This document shows positions 12,318 through 26,639 of a stretch of DNA of 64,000 nucleotides, piece after piece. A program made the position numbers and the translations under genes. The notes beneath the pieces were generated by a model. The model ran no database searches and was not told the origin of the DNA. It saw only the letters and a list, made by a program, of their open reading frames with translations. Origin of the DNA: Tricharina praecox. Taxonomy: Eukaryota. Location of the stretch: assembly GCF_024521635.1 (NCBI RefSeq), contig NW_026250404.1:1674001-1738000 (forward strand). The letters run 5' to 3'. The first letter of the stretch is position 1, and each line of letters begins with the position of its first letter.

Positions 12318-14723
12318 CTAACCCGGCAGGGCGCCCATTCCCGCGCCCGAAAACGGCATCCCCCTACTGCCAAGCTCCATATTGCTATCGTCCTGGGCCT
12401 GCAACGTCCGCTGAACATCGGACCTGTGTATGGGGGTGGTCTCCTTCGCCAATCCGAACGCCGTGTGCTTCGACAGCAGCGGGTCGCTCTCGTGGCCGGT
12501 GCGGTCGGGATCGATAACGCCGAAGCGTAGCTCGGTGCGCTCGAGCTCCTTTGGCATGGGGTCGCCGCCGAGCGCCACACCGGGGTACATCATCACGAGC
12601 TTGTCGAGCGTCGTGTTTCGTGTCGTCACGAGAATCTTTGAGAATGTCGTGTCTGAGCACATGCCGTTGTGCCGGATCGACATGCTGCCGATTATGATGG
12701 CGCAGAAGGAGAGGAAGATCGCGATCGAGTAGCCGATCCAGAGAGAGCTGGGCACATAGCGGAATCTGTTCTCGTACCTCCTACAAATAGAAAAAACTTT
12801 GTTAGCATCGGAACGGCACTCGTCGAGTAAGCAAGGTGGCAGAGGGCGTACTTCTTCTGACAATCAACTTCTTGGTCGATCGAGACTTCCATGAATGGCT
12901 CGGATATAAACGACATGACGAGATCCTCGTAGAAATCGTGCAACGTAGTCACGAGGTCTGCGGCAGCCCATGCAGTCTTTCGGTTCGCAAGTCTCGTTGG
13001 AGACATCTTCGTGTGCGTGACCACGTTGCTGGTGGAGTTGTCGAGGATCAAAGTGCCCTCCAGGATGTTTCTCATCTGCGTTCCAATGGTATAATATGCG
13101 ACGAACTCTTTGTATCTCTCCATGTCCGGACGGGGCCCGATCTCGCTGACTCCCCATCTGGAGAAGAGTGTCCTGCTTTCCGTGATGGTTGCTTTGCGAT
13201 GTGCCAATCGGTCGTTGGTCCACTTCGAGGTGACCCGGTAATTCGCTTTTTCGTGCACGCATTTCAACGCTATGGGTTCCATGACGTGGGGCCATCGTGC
13301 TCGTGTGCTGGCGTCTTCGTTTATCCGGGTGGTGTTGGTTACCTGTGCAATCCAAATATCTGGATCGATCCGGAAGATTCCCTGGTTCGAATAATTGGTG
13401 TCATTGTAACCATCCTGTGGCAGTTTGTAGCGCAAACTCTCATCCGGGTCTTGGGTTATTGCTTGAAAGATGTAATTCCGTCCCTGCTGAGCCAACGGGG
13501 CTGACTGCGGAGCAAAGTCGGAACGGTTGAATGGTGATGCATCCCAGTTCTGCCTGGAGCAGTTGTACCACGGTCCCACAAACTGCCGGCAAAGTCAATT
13601 CCCACGATCACTAGTTACAAGCTGTCCGAACCGACTAACCTGTAGATCATATGTGCAGTTAAACCCGGCGCACGGCGAGTCCCTCTCGGGGACGAGTCGG
13701 TCGGTGTAGATTGAGAGCTGCGTGATGCGATTGGTATTTTGCGACGGTTGGTCGTACCAATCCGCTACGGACTGTGCGGGCGGCGGCGGGGTGGTGTTGA
13801 AGAATGCGATATTGAACCCCATCTGTCCGTGCCGGGGGCTTCGCCAGTCGGAGACCGCCTCGAGCGTGAAATTGACGGACTTGACGTTACACCGTTCGTC
13901 GTAAGTGACTTCGCGGAGCTGTGCTGTGAGGGAACCCGGGGACATGACCGATGCGATCGGGATCAACCATGTCGCGAGGGCCATCACCGACGCTACCTTG
14001 GCCTTGACAAATATTTCCGGCGCCAGGATGAACCAAGTCGGATCCTCCACCACGGAGAATAGAGCATCGAGTCCCCTGACCGATATTGGCTTTTCTCGCA
14101 GCGTCTGCCATAACCGTTGTCTGTGGCCACATGATCAGTAATCCTTCCCGATAAGCACCCCCCTTACCCCTCATCCACCCGAGGAGTCGAGGACTGAACG
14201 GAGTCACGAACCGATAAGACAACACAACCGCTCCCACCAGTGCAGCCTTCGTGCAAAAGGCCAGGAACACACCGGTTCGAGTCATGAAAAGCTGGTTGAC
14301 GGCTGGCTCGCCGTCCAGAGAGGTGTTGAAGAGGTGATGCCCCAAAGCACCCATGCATCCGACCAGGAAGATCACCACCATGCTGGTCGGCACGTACCAA
14401 TGTACGCCCGTGCTCCATTTTCGCAGCATCTCTTCCGTCTTTGAGAGGTTGCTGAAGGTCCTGTTGTACCGAGACCGGAAGCGGCCGGGCGGATCCGATA
14501 TGAACGGAGTCGTTGATTGTGTACCGACGGAAGCGCGGTGATCGTCCCCGGGTGCGGGGAGCGCGGAGTATTCGGTGTCGTCGTACGGACGGAGAGGCTG
14601 CTGCTGAGGGTTGGGCGATGTTGGGGAGAAGAAGAAGTGGTCGGAGCCGGGCGTGTAGGGGGAGGGCGCACCGTAGCTATTAAAGTGTTCGCCTTCGACG
14701 CCGTGCGTTCGATAACTCGACAT
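12318..14723 (-). CDS. Fungal-specific multi-pass membrane protein of unknown function (4 exons; resembles the family often auto-annotated 'formylmethionine deformylase-like')
   Basis: Three canonical introns join the ORFs 13887-14723, 13595-14053, 12692-13579 and 12318-12863. Motifs: GHHLFN.SLDG, AFCTKAAL, YRQRLWQTL, WLIPIASVMSPGSLT, C..FNCTY.LQFVGPWYNC, LWIGYSIAI, FSKILVTTRN..LD, LRFGV. Confidence 0.8.
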
Positions 14724-17700
14724 GGTGTCCGGTAAGGCTCCGGTGGGCCTTTATGCTGGTGCAACGGGCGATGTTGTACCTGCTTGGAATGGGGGCTGGT
14801 AGGTTATAGGGGAGGGGTGGGGTGGCTGGCCTTCACGAATGCGGATATGTTCAAAGGACGAGCGACCATATAGAGCACAGTGGGGCCTGAGACGGGAGAG
14901 TCAGACTTGCAGCGTCGAAGATGAGAGGAGGTGGAAAAGAAAAGACGCAGCAGATGTCCCTAGACCTCAATGCCAGCTTCCCAGCCCAGAACGGCCAATC
15001 AGCAGTGGCCGCAAGGCTGGGCGAGACAGTGATGCGCCCATAAATAGAGAAATAGAGGAGCTGACTGATGTGCTTGCATTTCTCCAGGATTCGGTAACGA
15101 ATCAGGAGCAGGACTGCCGGGTGGTCTCGGCCCCCTTCGCAGGGCTTAGTGCTGGCAGGCTTCGCTTGCAAGAGCGAGATCCTTCAGCGTGTCACGGATG
15201 ATCGTGATGGAAGGCCATCGTGCCGGCGAGAGAAACATTCCAGTCGAATGGTTTCGAAGGCGCACTGCTCAAGCCACAGAACTCAGGGCACCGTCTCCAT
15301 CGCAAGTGCGGCTCTGCTCTCCGTATTGCGAGAGGGGCATTTCTGTTCACCATCACAATCTGCACGAGGGCAGCGGCGGTGGTGGTGGTGGTGGTAGTAT
15401 CTAGTACATAGTGGTAGTGGCTGTAACTCACTAACGAACGCTAATTAGGCAGCAGTATGCTCGATGCACCGCCCCCGCTTCGCACTGTGGCGTCTTGCCT
15501 TTTGTGGGAACAGGCGGTTCGCTTGGCTGGTCTCCGCCAATAAAGTACCGGTGAGACGCAGCTAAAGTGGGCAGAGGACGAACGACTCTGCAAGACAACT
15601 GTTCGTGTGCCGCCAGTATTACACGCCCAAGTGTCAGCGTAGAAAGGCGAAGCAATTGCAGATACCAGCAGTATGATATTCATGATGGGATCACGTAGAT
15701 AACATTTCGCCTCCAGATTACTCTAACTACGCCCGACTTCTCCACGTCCAGCACGCTGAGCCCCATCTTCACGAGTGATGCCTAGATCTTTGCGTAAGAT
15801 GCTTGGATGCACTCTATCATGTAAAGTAAGTACCCGCTAGTCATGTAGAGTACTACCAGAATATGTGCCATGGCTCCGCCGCAGGACACTTCGCTGGGTT
15901 CATAGCCTAGGTACAGCTGCATGGAATCCTACATCTCTAAAAGGAAGCAGCTCGAAGTGTCTAAACGCCAGGTAGCAGGTACTTAACACGCCGGAGTCGG
16001 GGATAGGACAGTTCACTCCGGGTTTCATTCCCCGACTGCGCACGTAGCCTCCCTTCCCCCTCCCGACTTCCCATGCAATTCAACAAAGCACCCACACGCC
16101 TCTTCAAAAAGCCGATGCCGATAGGAATTTTCCCGTGGACGAGAGTGGGAGTCTTGTCTTACGCGTGTACGATATGTAGAGTATCGAGGATCGCAGCGTT
16201 TGCCAAAACTGCCGCTCGCCGAGCCGAGTAACGCTGTATTCTTTTCTTTCCTTTTCTTTTATTGTTATTATTCATCATTGCATTCAACCTTATTCGATCA
16301 AGGCAGTCATATATAGAGTGTGTACTCCATATCCTCCCCCACTGTCACCAAGACTCCGACCGCTGTCCATGAACTCCACGTGGGTTCACTGTCGCTCTCC
16401 GCCCATGCCAGCCGTCCGATAACTAAAAGAAGGAGAATAAAAGACAGGGAAACGAAAGTCGACACAAACAAACAAAGTTTTACGCGCCCGTCCGCCGGTC
16501 GTCCGCCCAGTGTCCACTATCAACAGCCGGTCCAAGTCCACTACTGTAACATGTCCCTCGGACTCCGCTCGGTCAGCTGGTCAGACTACGTCGATCGGTC
16601 CATAGTGCGTGGCCATATAACTACCGTAATCGACGGTTTTTATATATGGACGGGCTGCGTCATACCGAGTGGCTGCACGTCGCGTTTACATATATAAGCA
16701 TACCGTACCGTACTGTCAGATACATAACTACCTGGCCGGGTCTACTTCATGGTTCGGATAACGCGGATGGTGACTTCCAAGATATCAGCAGTACATACAA
16801 ATACCAACATCGCTGGGCAGAACTGTATACCGTATGTAGAGTACGTGTCTAGGTAACTAGGTCCAAGTGAACGTACGTGACTGGTCTAGGTAAGGAGCCG
16901 GAAATGAGGTGGTCCCATCTTCTCTCAACGTGTTGATGTGAACCCTCCGTTCGTTTTCCTCCGGTATCTTCTTTAGTACATACATAACATGTATCTGTCC
17001 AGCAGTTCCGGTGGTCGATCCGCGTAGGTTCGCCATTTTGGGTATCCCGAGGGGTACGGTGGAACGTGATTGGGAATTCGAACTGCCGGAAGGAAAGGTG
17101 TGATAGACTGATATAGTAGTCATTGCTGGTCTTCGCGAGCAAGCAAAAAGTCATATATAACAGCAGTACGCAAGCTGTTCAAATTTCATGGTCAGATTCC
17201 ATTACAAAGCTCAACCGTTTAATCCAAGTACCACGCGCAGGCCAAAACGAATGCTAGCAACAGAGCAGAGCAAAAAAGAGTGATTGAAACTGAGCGGCCA
17301 TCTCCATCCACTTCGAAGTAGGTCTGGGTCATGAGATCGGGATCAAAAGTTAACAGTGACAAGGAATCAAAGGACCACCGGTAGGGTGATAATTCCACTA
17401 GATATAAGAGTTGTGTTCATCCCTATATACAACGAACGAACGGGCAAGCGCTAAGCTCTACTGGCAACTCATTAACTACCCAGGCCGGATGCAATAAAAA
17501 GAGTGATCTACAGTGACCGAGATGGTCACGAGTTACATCTATGAGAGGTAGAGAGCGTACATACTCTGCACGCCCTGCTGCGTGCGTGTAGTGGCAACAC
17601 CGTTAGAAGCTGTCCTTCTAAGTAGTGTTAGGAGGTTAGGTTCAAATCAGGTCGGTGGGAGACGAGGTGGGCTGGCGGGTGCAGCGACATGAGGAATGAC

Positions 17701-19717
17701 TAGCTAAGCGGGCATGGCGGTAGCTCGGGGATGCAAGTGATCTTGAGCGTCTCTCCGTCCACCGCCACGGCTAGAGTACAATGTGATTGTCTCACTACTT
17801 AGGAAACAAGCGTACGAATAATGGGCACTGCCGCCGGAAAGTACTCCGAGTCTCGGGCACGAACAAAGAACCAGGCACTGCCGCTAGAAGGAAGCTACTC
17901 GGACATGAAAAAAGAGTCAAGCACTCCGCTTCAACTACGTTTAGAGTATAAGCACTTTTACGTATTAGGTGAACGTGCATGATATGCGATTTGTGATAGG
18001 TAAGATGATTCACAACATAGCACTCGTTTTGATACCTCCGCGGCCATTTCAAGTCGCGCAGTCTCGGAAACCGAGCAGTAGACAGGATACCTAGACAATC
18101 TATATGACCTCTATATCACCATGGATTGTGGATATCATTCTTGATATCGCTGTCGTGCTTCGTAATGGCGCCATAGGCGTAGAGGCCATCTGCGTCTACA
18201 TCGATGTTTATGTAGGCCTATTGGCCTGTGTATACATACTCTTAAGTGCCGATTTCTTTGCGTTAGACTCTGTATTAATTCAGCTGACTGCAGTAGTTTC
18301 CTCTTACAATACTTTCTTTGCCTCTTATGGTTATGTTGATCATACGTAAGTGCTTAAGTTACTCGTACTTAGGTGGCGTCGGTACGCTGATGGGATTAGT
18401 TCAAAATACTTGGTTCGGTACCGAATGCGAATTGTATGTGCATAGCATTGCGCATGTCTTCAGGTCTGAAGTTAAAGACCCTAGCGTCGTGCACGGTTGG
18501 GGTTGGTTTTAGGGATGGCCGAACTGGGGATCCCCGAACTGAATGGCAAGCAGGCTCTTAGTTGTTTTTCTGATTCCTTCCACCTCGAGGCTCCGGAGTC
18601 TTTGGTCTGCTTCACCACCAGTGACCACTGGGCCACAGCTCTGACGCCAACACTCCAGGACGAGCTTGGCCGGTAGGTAAAAGTATGGCCGAGTCCTCGA
18701 AACAAGCCAAAGAATCGATCACAAGTGCCTCGATTCGAGCTTCGCCAGCAATGCTATTGTGAGCACGAGTAACACGCCTTGGTCTTCGCCATTTACTCAT
18801 CTTCCCATCCCGTTCCCGTATCCTGTGCATGCACCCGTAAACCGCTGCACACCGCCATGAAGGCGATACTTCATGTGTTTCCGTATTCCGCGGAGAAGGT
18901 GGACTGAAAATATGATACTCGCGCATGAACCGGCTGCCACCAAGAAATTTCGTCGAGTTCAGCTTGAAGGTTCGGGCGTTCTCTTCCTGATCCTAAAGTC
19001 ATTCCCCTTCGCTCAACCTTCAGCTATTCATCTCCACATTCCAAACCTTCTCGAGACCAAGCAGCACCTCAATCGACGACAGCCATCACAGACAAAGTCC
19101 GAGACCGAGGAGCTTTCCACAAGCTCGTTGCAGCCGAGTCGTGAAGGTCGAACGCGACCTGTAGCTTCGGAGCTGCCGCGGAGAAAGTCGAAAGAAAGCG
19201 GCTTGGCGTTACGTAACCTGAGCACCATCAGCAACCTGTTATACGAGGGCAAGACCTCTGTTTTTCCCTATTATTACTCCGACCTCTGTCCTTCCTCTCC
19301 TTCACGGGTGCGTGCTGGTGTTTTTGTATGCTGGGTGATTAGTCCAGTTACGGTCGACAACGGACATCGATTCGAGCGAGCTGTCAGGTACCCGCCTTCG
19401 TACTCCACAACACGCCGAATGTCGCGACGAAAGTACTCTATCCTCCAGCACCTTGAGCTCGACGACCATGGCGCCGGGAAGCACTCCTACTTGCCGCGCG
19501 GAGTCGGAATCACTCGTGATCGCAGGGTTGAACTCGGTTGCGAGTCAACGTTGCAAGAGAACTGCCCTCACGGGTGAGTATGACATGAAAGATCTCATAA
19601 GATGTATTCGCGAGCTAAAAGAAAATTACGGAATAGACAACAAAACTCCAAAACGCTTTATATACAATCATTAAACCCAGACATCACCGACCACAACTAC
19701 CAACCGCCAATCCCGCT

Positions 19718-21469
19718 CTACTGGCTCAGCTGTCCCTTAGGGATAGGTCGGATCCACGACACACTCAGGTTGATGGCGATCATGATTACTCCCGAGAGCC
19801 AGATGGACTGGCCATAATTGGTGCTGTTGTATCGGAAGATGATGGCGAAAACGATACCTCCGAGGTTACCGCAGGCACCGACGACGCCGGAAAGGATACC
19901 TATTACGGAGATCAGCATTTGTCAAGCACACTAGAGTTTGCGCTGGGCTTACCGTTGGCATGAGGGAAGACATGGGGGACCACTGCAAAGTTCGCACCGT
20001 TGGCAGCATCCATGAAGAAGGCCATGAAAACGACCAGACCGACCATGGTGGCATGGTCCTTGCTGTCCAAAAAGCCGATGACGACGCACAGACAGCCCAT
20101 GGCCACACCGACGAAGATGAGCCAGAACTTTTTGGCTACGATAGAGCCCTTGGTCGCGCGGTAGATGATATCCGCGATGATTCCACCAGCAGGACGGAAG
20201 AAAACATTGACGAGACCGAACATCGCAGCCCTTTGATATCATTGTAAGTTTTCATTCGATGCTTCGTTTCTGAAGAAGCGACATACCATTGTCCGGACTT
20301 GGTCTGTCCCAGAGAGGGGAAATTCTTGTTGTAATAGGCACCGAGAATACTGTTGATGGCGAGTTCTCCACCGAAAGAGCAAGCGTACGGCGCCGAGAGC
20401 AAAAGACACTGCAAACTGAAGATAACGCCCATGGCTTCCTTGAATGTGGGTGCTTGAACGATCTCGCTCTCCGCAATCTTCTCCACCTTCTCGGCATCGA
20501 TTCCGGCCTTGTGGGCCTCGACATCCTTGACCTTCTCGTCCACAATATCCGAGCGTGCAGATTTGTCATCGGAAGTGGGTAGATCGGTGATATGGCCAGT
20601 TGCGTCCACGATCTTTCCCTCGATTGCGGCCTGGTGTGCCGTCTGGTGTGCGTGGAGATGACGCTCACTCCATGGGCCTATGGTACACTTGTCAGCCATG
20701 CATACAAGGCAAGATTTAATATGGCAGACTCACCGGTTGGGGTATCCTCGCAAAGGAGGAGCATTCCCACTGCGGTCGCAGTAATCAAGATGAACGGAAC
20801 GATGAAGGAAACTCTCCAGGCGACGTGCGGGGTAAGGCCTCGTTGCGTGACGAGGGAGTCGAAAAGAGCGGGCATAACGAAGTATGTGATTCCACCACCG
20901 GCGTTTCCGAGACCGGCCATGAGAGCATTCGCCGTTCCAACCACAGATTTGTCGAAGAATCCGGTACTCCATACCTGGCAAGGAACGAAGGATGCACCCA
21001 GGATACCAATGAAGAATCGCAGAATGAGCAGACCAGTGGCGTTGGTAACGGTTCCAGCAAGAGCTGTGGGAATCGCACCAGCGAAAAGAATTGCAGCGAA
21101 GACATATCTCGGGCCATAACGATCACAGAGCGGCCCCACCAGTGCGCGCACCACGAGAGTTGCAGTCAAGGCCAGGATATTCGAGTTCGCTATCTCGTTT
21201 TGGGAAAGATGGAGGTCTCCTTTGATGGTTTTGGTCATCTAGTTGAGAGGAGTCAGTGGCCCGTCATGGATGATTCGTGAGGTCTCTAGTGCATCTGGAC
21301 TTACCAATGGAGGAAACGCGTACCAAGATAGGAACGCGATCAGGAAACCGAATGTCGAGAAGAAGAACGTCCGTCCGTACATGTTTACCGGGTTGAACAC
21401 TGGTACGGAAAGAGCCTTTCGGTTCACTGGGTTGATGGCCGGAGCCTTCCAAAGGACACTGATACCCAT
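19718..21469 (-). CDS. nrtA: High-affinity nitrate transporter (MFS, NNP/NRT2 family)
   Basis: Multi-exon gene. [26 protein letters not shown] and FGGELAINS are present, with two nitrate signatures: [23 protein letters not shown] and [15 protein letters not shown]. Adjacent to niaD and niiA. Confidence 0.95.
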
Positions 21470-22991
21470 GGTTGCTGATCGTTTCTGACGGTTGGAAGTT
21501 GAAATGGAGTCTGGAAAGGCGAAGACGGAGTGGTGATCAACTGGTCTTCCGGTCTTCTGTTCGGTCTCTGATATGTGATTATATTCTGGTCGGTCAAGGC
21601 CTCTGGGCTACTTATATCTCGGAAAAACTCAGAGATATAGATAACTGCCTCCGTTGCTCGTACGGGAGGTTTCGTGAATGGGGGTTTGGGGGTATGGGGG
21701 TACGGGGGCTTGGAGGGCTTGGAGGACTTGGGACAAACCCAGCCGCACAATGGGGCTGATAGGAACTTTCAATTCTTGTTCAATGTCTCCTTCACGGAGA
21801 ATGCCCATCTAAACCAAGAACCCTCTTGCGGCCCTATTCCAAGTCAGCAGCTGCTGGAGTGCCACTGTACATCTTGCCATAAGCAGGTATGTATGCAACT
21901 CTATCTCTTGATACCTTAACTGCCACCGGGTGCGCTATTTCGCGATCGTCGGCTTCGGCTCCAATAAACGTTGACTCCCGCGGTAATTGGGCCCGATTTC
22001 CTTCCGAGATATCTGTATGCAGGTCGTCTTTCGGCGGGTGGAAGGGCAGGTACGCCGTCGCATCGTTTCTCCGCGGATTTTGGGCCGATAGAGTACGGAA
22101 CCAGGGGTCTGGGAGAAAAGATTTTTGTGACATGGACGAGAACACCCTGAGCACGCGTAGGATCTCGCCAAGCAACCCAGCTCCTACGCGATCGGTGCTG
22201 ATTGGGCCGTCGAGGACGCCATCACGATACGACAGCTGGCTTTCTTCTAGTGCGGGCGCATAGAGGGGGGCGTGATAAGATGTAGATAGGCTCTTTATCA
22301 AGGCGCGCTGACACCTGCCTTGACGTGCGCTTTTCCGCGGAGCACTTTCACATACCGCGTCGACAGGTTCTGGGTTGCTCGGCCTGCATGCAAATTGCTC
22401 GCCTCCGCCGATTGCTGCCGGGCCCGGGTCTAAACTACAACCCGCGAGGGGCCATGTTCCCGAATTACGGCGACGGTGGCGGACTGATGTCGAAATTTGG
22501 GGGTCAGCCTAGTACATCGTGGCTCGGGTCTTTGCACGAGGTCCTGAAGTATATGGTCTCGGACAAAGCCGCTAACTTACCGGTCGGCCTGCCGGCAGGT
22601 TTAAACTAAGCTCGCCTTGCCATAGGATACTGAAGAACTGCAGAAAGTGACCAAAAACCCTCCCGAGACTCGAATCCTCCCCCACCCCCCGTGTCTGCGC
22701 ACTATTTCTCCTCGATCGATTGAGCCTGGTATTACGCTTTTGCACTGCCTGCCTTTCCAACATCGAACCAGGTATACGCGGGACATACGTACTGTTCTTT
22801 CTCGTGCATATTGTATCTTTCCCGCGGACTTTCGTGTGGAAAATTGAGGGCGGTACCGGCGGTTGTCAATATCAACTCTCCATACACCACCCGGTTTGGT
22901 TTTATTCAGACTTTTTACCCCCTCTATTTACGCGTTTCGATTGAATCGACTCCAACTCCCAACTTCTCTCAAGCCAGAAACTCACAGCAAT
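21470..22991. promoter_or_regulatory. Divergent nrtA-niaD promoter with NirA-type and AreA-type sites
   Basis: CTCCGCGG at 22069-22076 (+) and 22335-22342 (-) match the NirA consensus CTCCGHGG. Three HGATAR sites at 22273-22300 and another at 21639. Confidence 0.75.
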
Positions 22992-25889
22992 ATGACTACA
23001 GCCATCAGATTCCCGGACGTGGGAATGAAGGAGGGAATCCCATTTCCTCCGAGTCCTCCGCGGTCCGAGAGGGAAGATACGGAGTCGGTACACTCGTCGT
23101 CCTCGACTTCGGCAGCAGATGAAGTCGATATCCCTATGCCGCCTCCGTCATTGAATCCCACAAAAGTCCTGGACATAGATGTAAACACACCCGATTTCCA
23201 TGTTGCCAGAGACCCTCGACTGGTACGACTGACCGGTGTCCATCCGTTCAACGTCGAGGCTCCCCTCACAGCACTGTTTGACGAAGGTACGTTAGATTAT
23301 TTCCTATTCAACCGTACGATTCTCTAGCTAACGTTATTTCCTTAGGATTCCTCACTTCCCCAGAGCTCTTCTATGTCCGGAACCATGGAGCCGTGCCACA
23401 GGTTTCGGACGAGGAGATTCCCGATTGGGCCATTTCCATCGAAGGCCTGGTGGAGAACCCGATCACCATCACTTTCAAGCAGGTCCTGGAAAAGTACGAG
23501 CAAGTCACAGTGCCTATCACGCTTGTGTGTGCCGGAAACCGAAGGAAGGAACAGAATCAAGTACGGAAGTCACAGGGGTTCTCATGGGGTGCTGCCGGTG
23601 TCTCGACGAGTTTGTTCACCGGGCCAATGCTGGCCGATATCATCGCGAAAGCGAAGCCGACGAGAAAGGCACGGTTTTTGTGCATGGAAGGTGCGGATCA
23701 GTTGGTAAGTACAGTTGCGACTTGAGATGGTATTCTGAAGGGTGAAACCTAACGACTTATTCAGCCCAACGGTAACTACGGAACCTCGATAAAGCTCAGC
23801 TGGGTGATGAACCGCGAGCGTGGTATCATGCTGGCTCACAAGATGAACGGCACACCGCTGACACCGGACCACGGCCGTCCCATCCGCGTCGTAATACCCG
23901 GCCAAATCGGCGGACGGAGTGTGAAATGGCTGAAGCGCATCATCATCACCGACAAACCCTCGGACAACTGGTACCACAAGTACGATAATCGGGTTCTTCC
24001 AACTATGGTCACGCCCGAGATGTCGAAGCAAGACGACAAATGGTGGAACGACGAACGGTACGCTATCTACGATCTTTCGGTCAACTCGGCCATCGCCTAT
24101 CCGCAAAACGACGAGACGCTGCTCCTCGGTGAAAATTGCCCTGAGTTCTACCGGTTCAGGGGATACGCGTACAGCGGAGGCATGCGGAGGATTACTCGTG
24201 TTGAAATCTCGTTGGATAAGGGTGCCACATGGGAACTTGCCGACATCAACTACCCCGAGGATCTCTACAGAGAGACGGAGAAGGAACTTTATGGTGGACG
24301 CCTCGACATGGCAACGAGGGATGCATGCTACTGTTGGTGTTTCTGGGAACTCCCCATTGCGGTCAACAGGCTCGTGAACGCGGAGGACGTGGTGGTCAGG
24401 GCAATGGACGACAGCATGACGATACAACCTAGGGATATGTACTGGTCGGTCCTCGGCATGATGCAGAACTCGTGGTTCCGCATCGCCATCCAAAAAGATT
24501 CTCAGGGCATGCTCAAATTCGAACATCCCACGATGCCAGCACTACAGCCTGGAGGTTGGATGGAGAGAGTCAAGAAGGACGGCGGCGACTTCGGCAACGG
24601 AAACTGGGGGGAGAAGGTGAAGGGCCAACTCGAGGACTCCACCATCACCCCCGAAGTCCCGAAGGAGGAAGTCAAGATGACCAACGACGATATCAAGCGC
24701 ATCATTGAGATCGAAGAACTACGCCTGCACGACAACAAAGACGAGCCGTGGTTTGTTGTCAAGGGAGAGGTCTACGACGGTACACCCTTCTTGAAGGAAC
24801 ATCCTGGAGGCGCTGTGAGCATCATCTCTGCTGCCGGACAGGACGCTACGGACGAGTTTGTGGGAATCCGTATGTTTTTTCCATTTCACCCCGTACCTTC
24901 CTACAACCCCTAGCTAATACATGACCAGATTCGGAATCTGCGAAGGCTATGATGCCGAAGTACCACGTCGGCACTCTGTCATCTGCAGCACAAGAAGCAC
25001 TTGCAAACAAATCTACGGCCTCAGATACCTCATTGTCCAACAACGCAATCTTCTTAAACCCACGATCATGGCGTTGCGCCACTCTTATTTCCAAGCGTGA
25101 AGTCTCTTGGGACACAAGAATTTTTACCTTTTCCCTCGACCATGCTACGCAAACTCTTGGGCTGCCTGTGGGACAACATCTCATGATCAAGCTCAGAGAC
25201 GCCAAAGGCGAAGTGATAGTTCGGCCCTACACACCCCTCTCGGACGATACGTCGGCGGGCACCGTTGAGGTCCTCGTAAAAGTCTACTTCGAGGAACTCG
25301 AAAAGGGCACGAAGGGCGGAGAGATGACTCTAGCGCTGGACGCTTTGTGTATGTTTACCTTCCACCCACCTCACCCGCTGAAGTTTTTTTCAGAGACTAA
25401 CGTGGCGAATCCACAGCACTTGGACAGCAAGTCGACTTCAAAGGCCCAATAGGAAAATTCACATATCTGGGTGGGGGTCAGATCTCGCTGGAGGGAAACA
25501 CTCGCACCGTCAGGTCGATGACCATGATATGCGCCGGCTCCGGTATTACGCCCATCTACGCAGTGCTACGGGCCATCATACAAGACGCCACAGACCCAAC
25601 CAAATGCGTGGTTATCGATTCGAACAGACAGGAGGGCGATATTCTCTGCCGGCAGGAGCTCGATGCTCTGCACGAAGCAAACAGGGCCCGGATGACCCTG
25701 GTGCACACCCTGACTGCGGGAGAGGAGAGCTGGACTGGAAGGAGGGGGAGAATCAACAGGGGCTTGGTGGAGGAGGTGGGCAGTGGCGCGGATCTATGGT
25801 TAGTCTGTGGGCCGGAGGGCATGGAGGATGGGGTACGAAAGATTTTTGCGGATATGGGGGTATCCAAGACGGATGTCGTGTTTTTCTAA
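22992..25889 (+). CDS. niaD: Assimilatory NAD(P)H nitrate reductase (Moco, dimerisation, cytochrome b5, FAD/NAD(P)H domains)
   Basis: RLTGVHPFNVE, YVRNHGAVP, Moco Cys in TLVCAGNRRKE, GGRSVKWL. Heme ligands EHPGG and GIH (codon split by an intron), then GLPVGQH, RPYTP, CAGSGITP and CGP. All introns are canonical. Confidence 0.97.
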
Positions 25890-26639
25890 TTCTTGGGGGC
25901 ATGTTTTGGGGGTTATTTTCTATATTTCTGGCTATATCATCGATGTTTGCACCTTTGGGACTGGATCTTTAGGTTCAATTTTCTTTTGGTCAAAGTCTAT
26001 ACATGTACTCAGTGGTGACCGTGGGGGAGGAGTTGAAGATACAGATTGATACCATCCACTCATTCGTATAAACGAATTAGACTTTGCGAATAATCTGTGA
26101 AGTCAGTGTGGCCAGTGGTTTGGATGTGCAGCGAGGGACAGTGTCTGAGTATAAGGATGTGGATCACATGTTCCCTTGAGTTTTTACGGTGCAGATCGGT
26201 GGATATTCACAGGCAACGAGGCCTCAACCGCGACATATTGCCGGGGGTTATGAGATCTAGATCGAGCGATTGGATCCACCGCCCCACCGCCCCACTGGCC
26301 TGTGGTCCATCCAGTTCATCGAACCAGAATTCAAAAATATCCGAAACAGCGGCCCCCACATCATTCTTACGACTGTATGACGCTTCTGTCTGATTCCTCC
26401 CGGTTTTCGGTACATGTAGGTATCGTAGTATAGCAGCCGGTTTTGACACCCCCACGACTGCATCCCGCGCTCTCGTGTACCGTTATAATGTATGTCTGGT
26501 GAGTGGTTGATCGCGATTCGCGAATGGTAGTGTACCAAGAAACTCGGAATCCACAATGCCCACAGCGCCAGGCGCCGGTGCAGATCAAGACTATAGTACC
26601 ACTTCATCCGCACCCACTAACTACCGGTGCTCCCCACAC

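Noticed and set aside
15441..15686. Small secreted peptide ORF (MNIILLVSAIASPFYADT...)
   Set aside because: Weak signal peptide, no Cys pattern or splice support; could be chance.
16545..16690. Possible short LTR (TGTAAC...TTTACA)
   Set aside because: Flanks do not form a TSD and there is no second copy in the window.
18873..19577. 234-aa plus-strand ORF as a gene
   Set aside because: No recognisable domain and Ser/Arg-rich composition; unsupported without expression data.
23582..24526. Long antisense ORFs over niaD (similarly over niiA, the C2 gene, the CDA gene and the CCCH gene)
   Set aside because: Shadow frames produced by GC-rich codon bias of the real genes.
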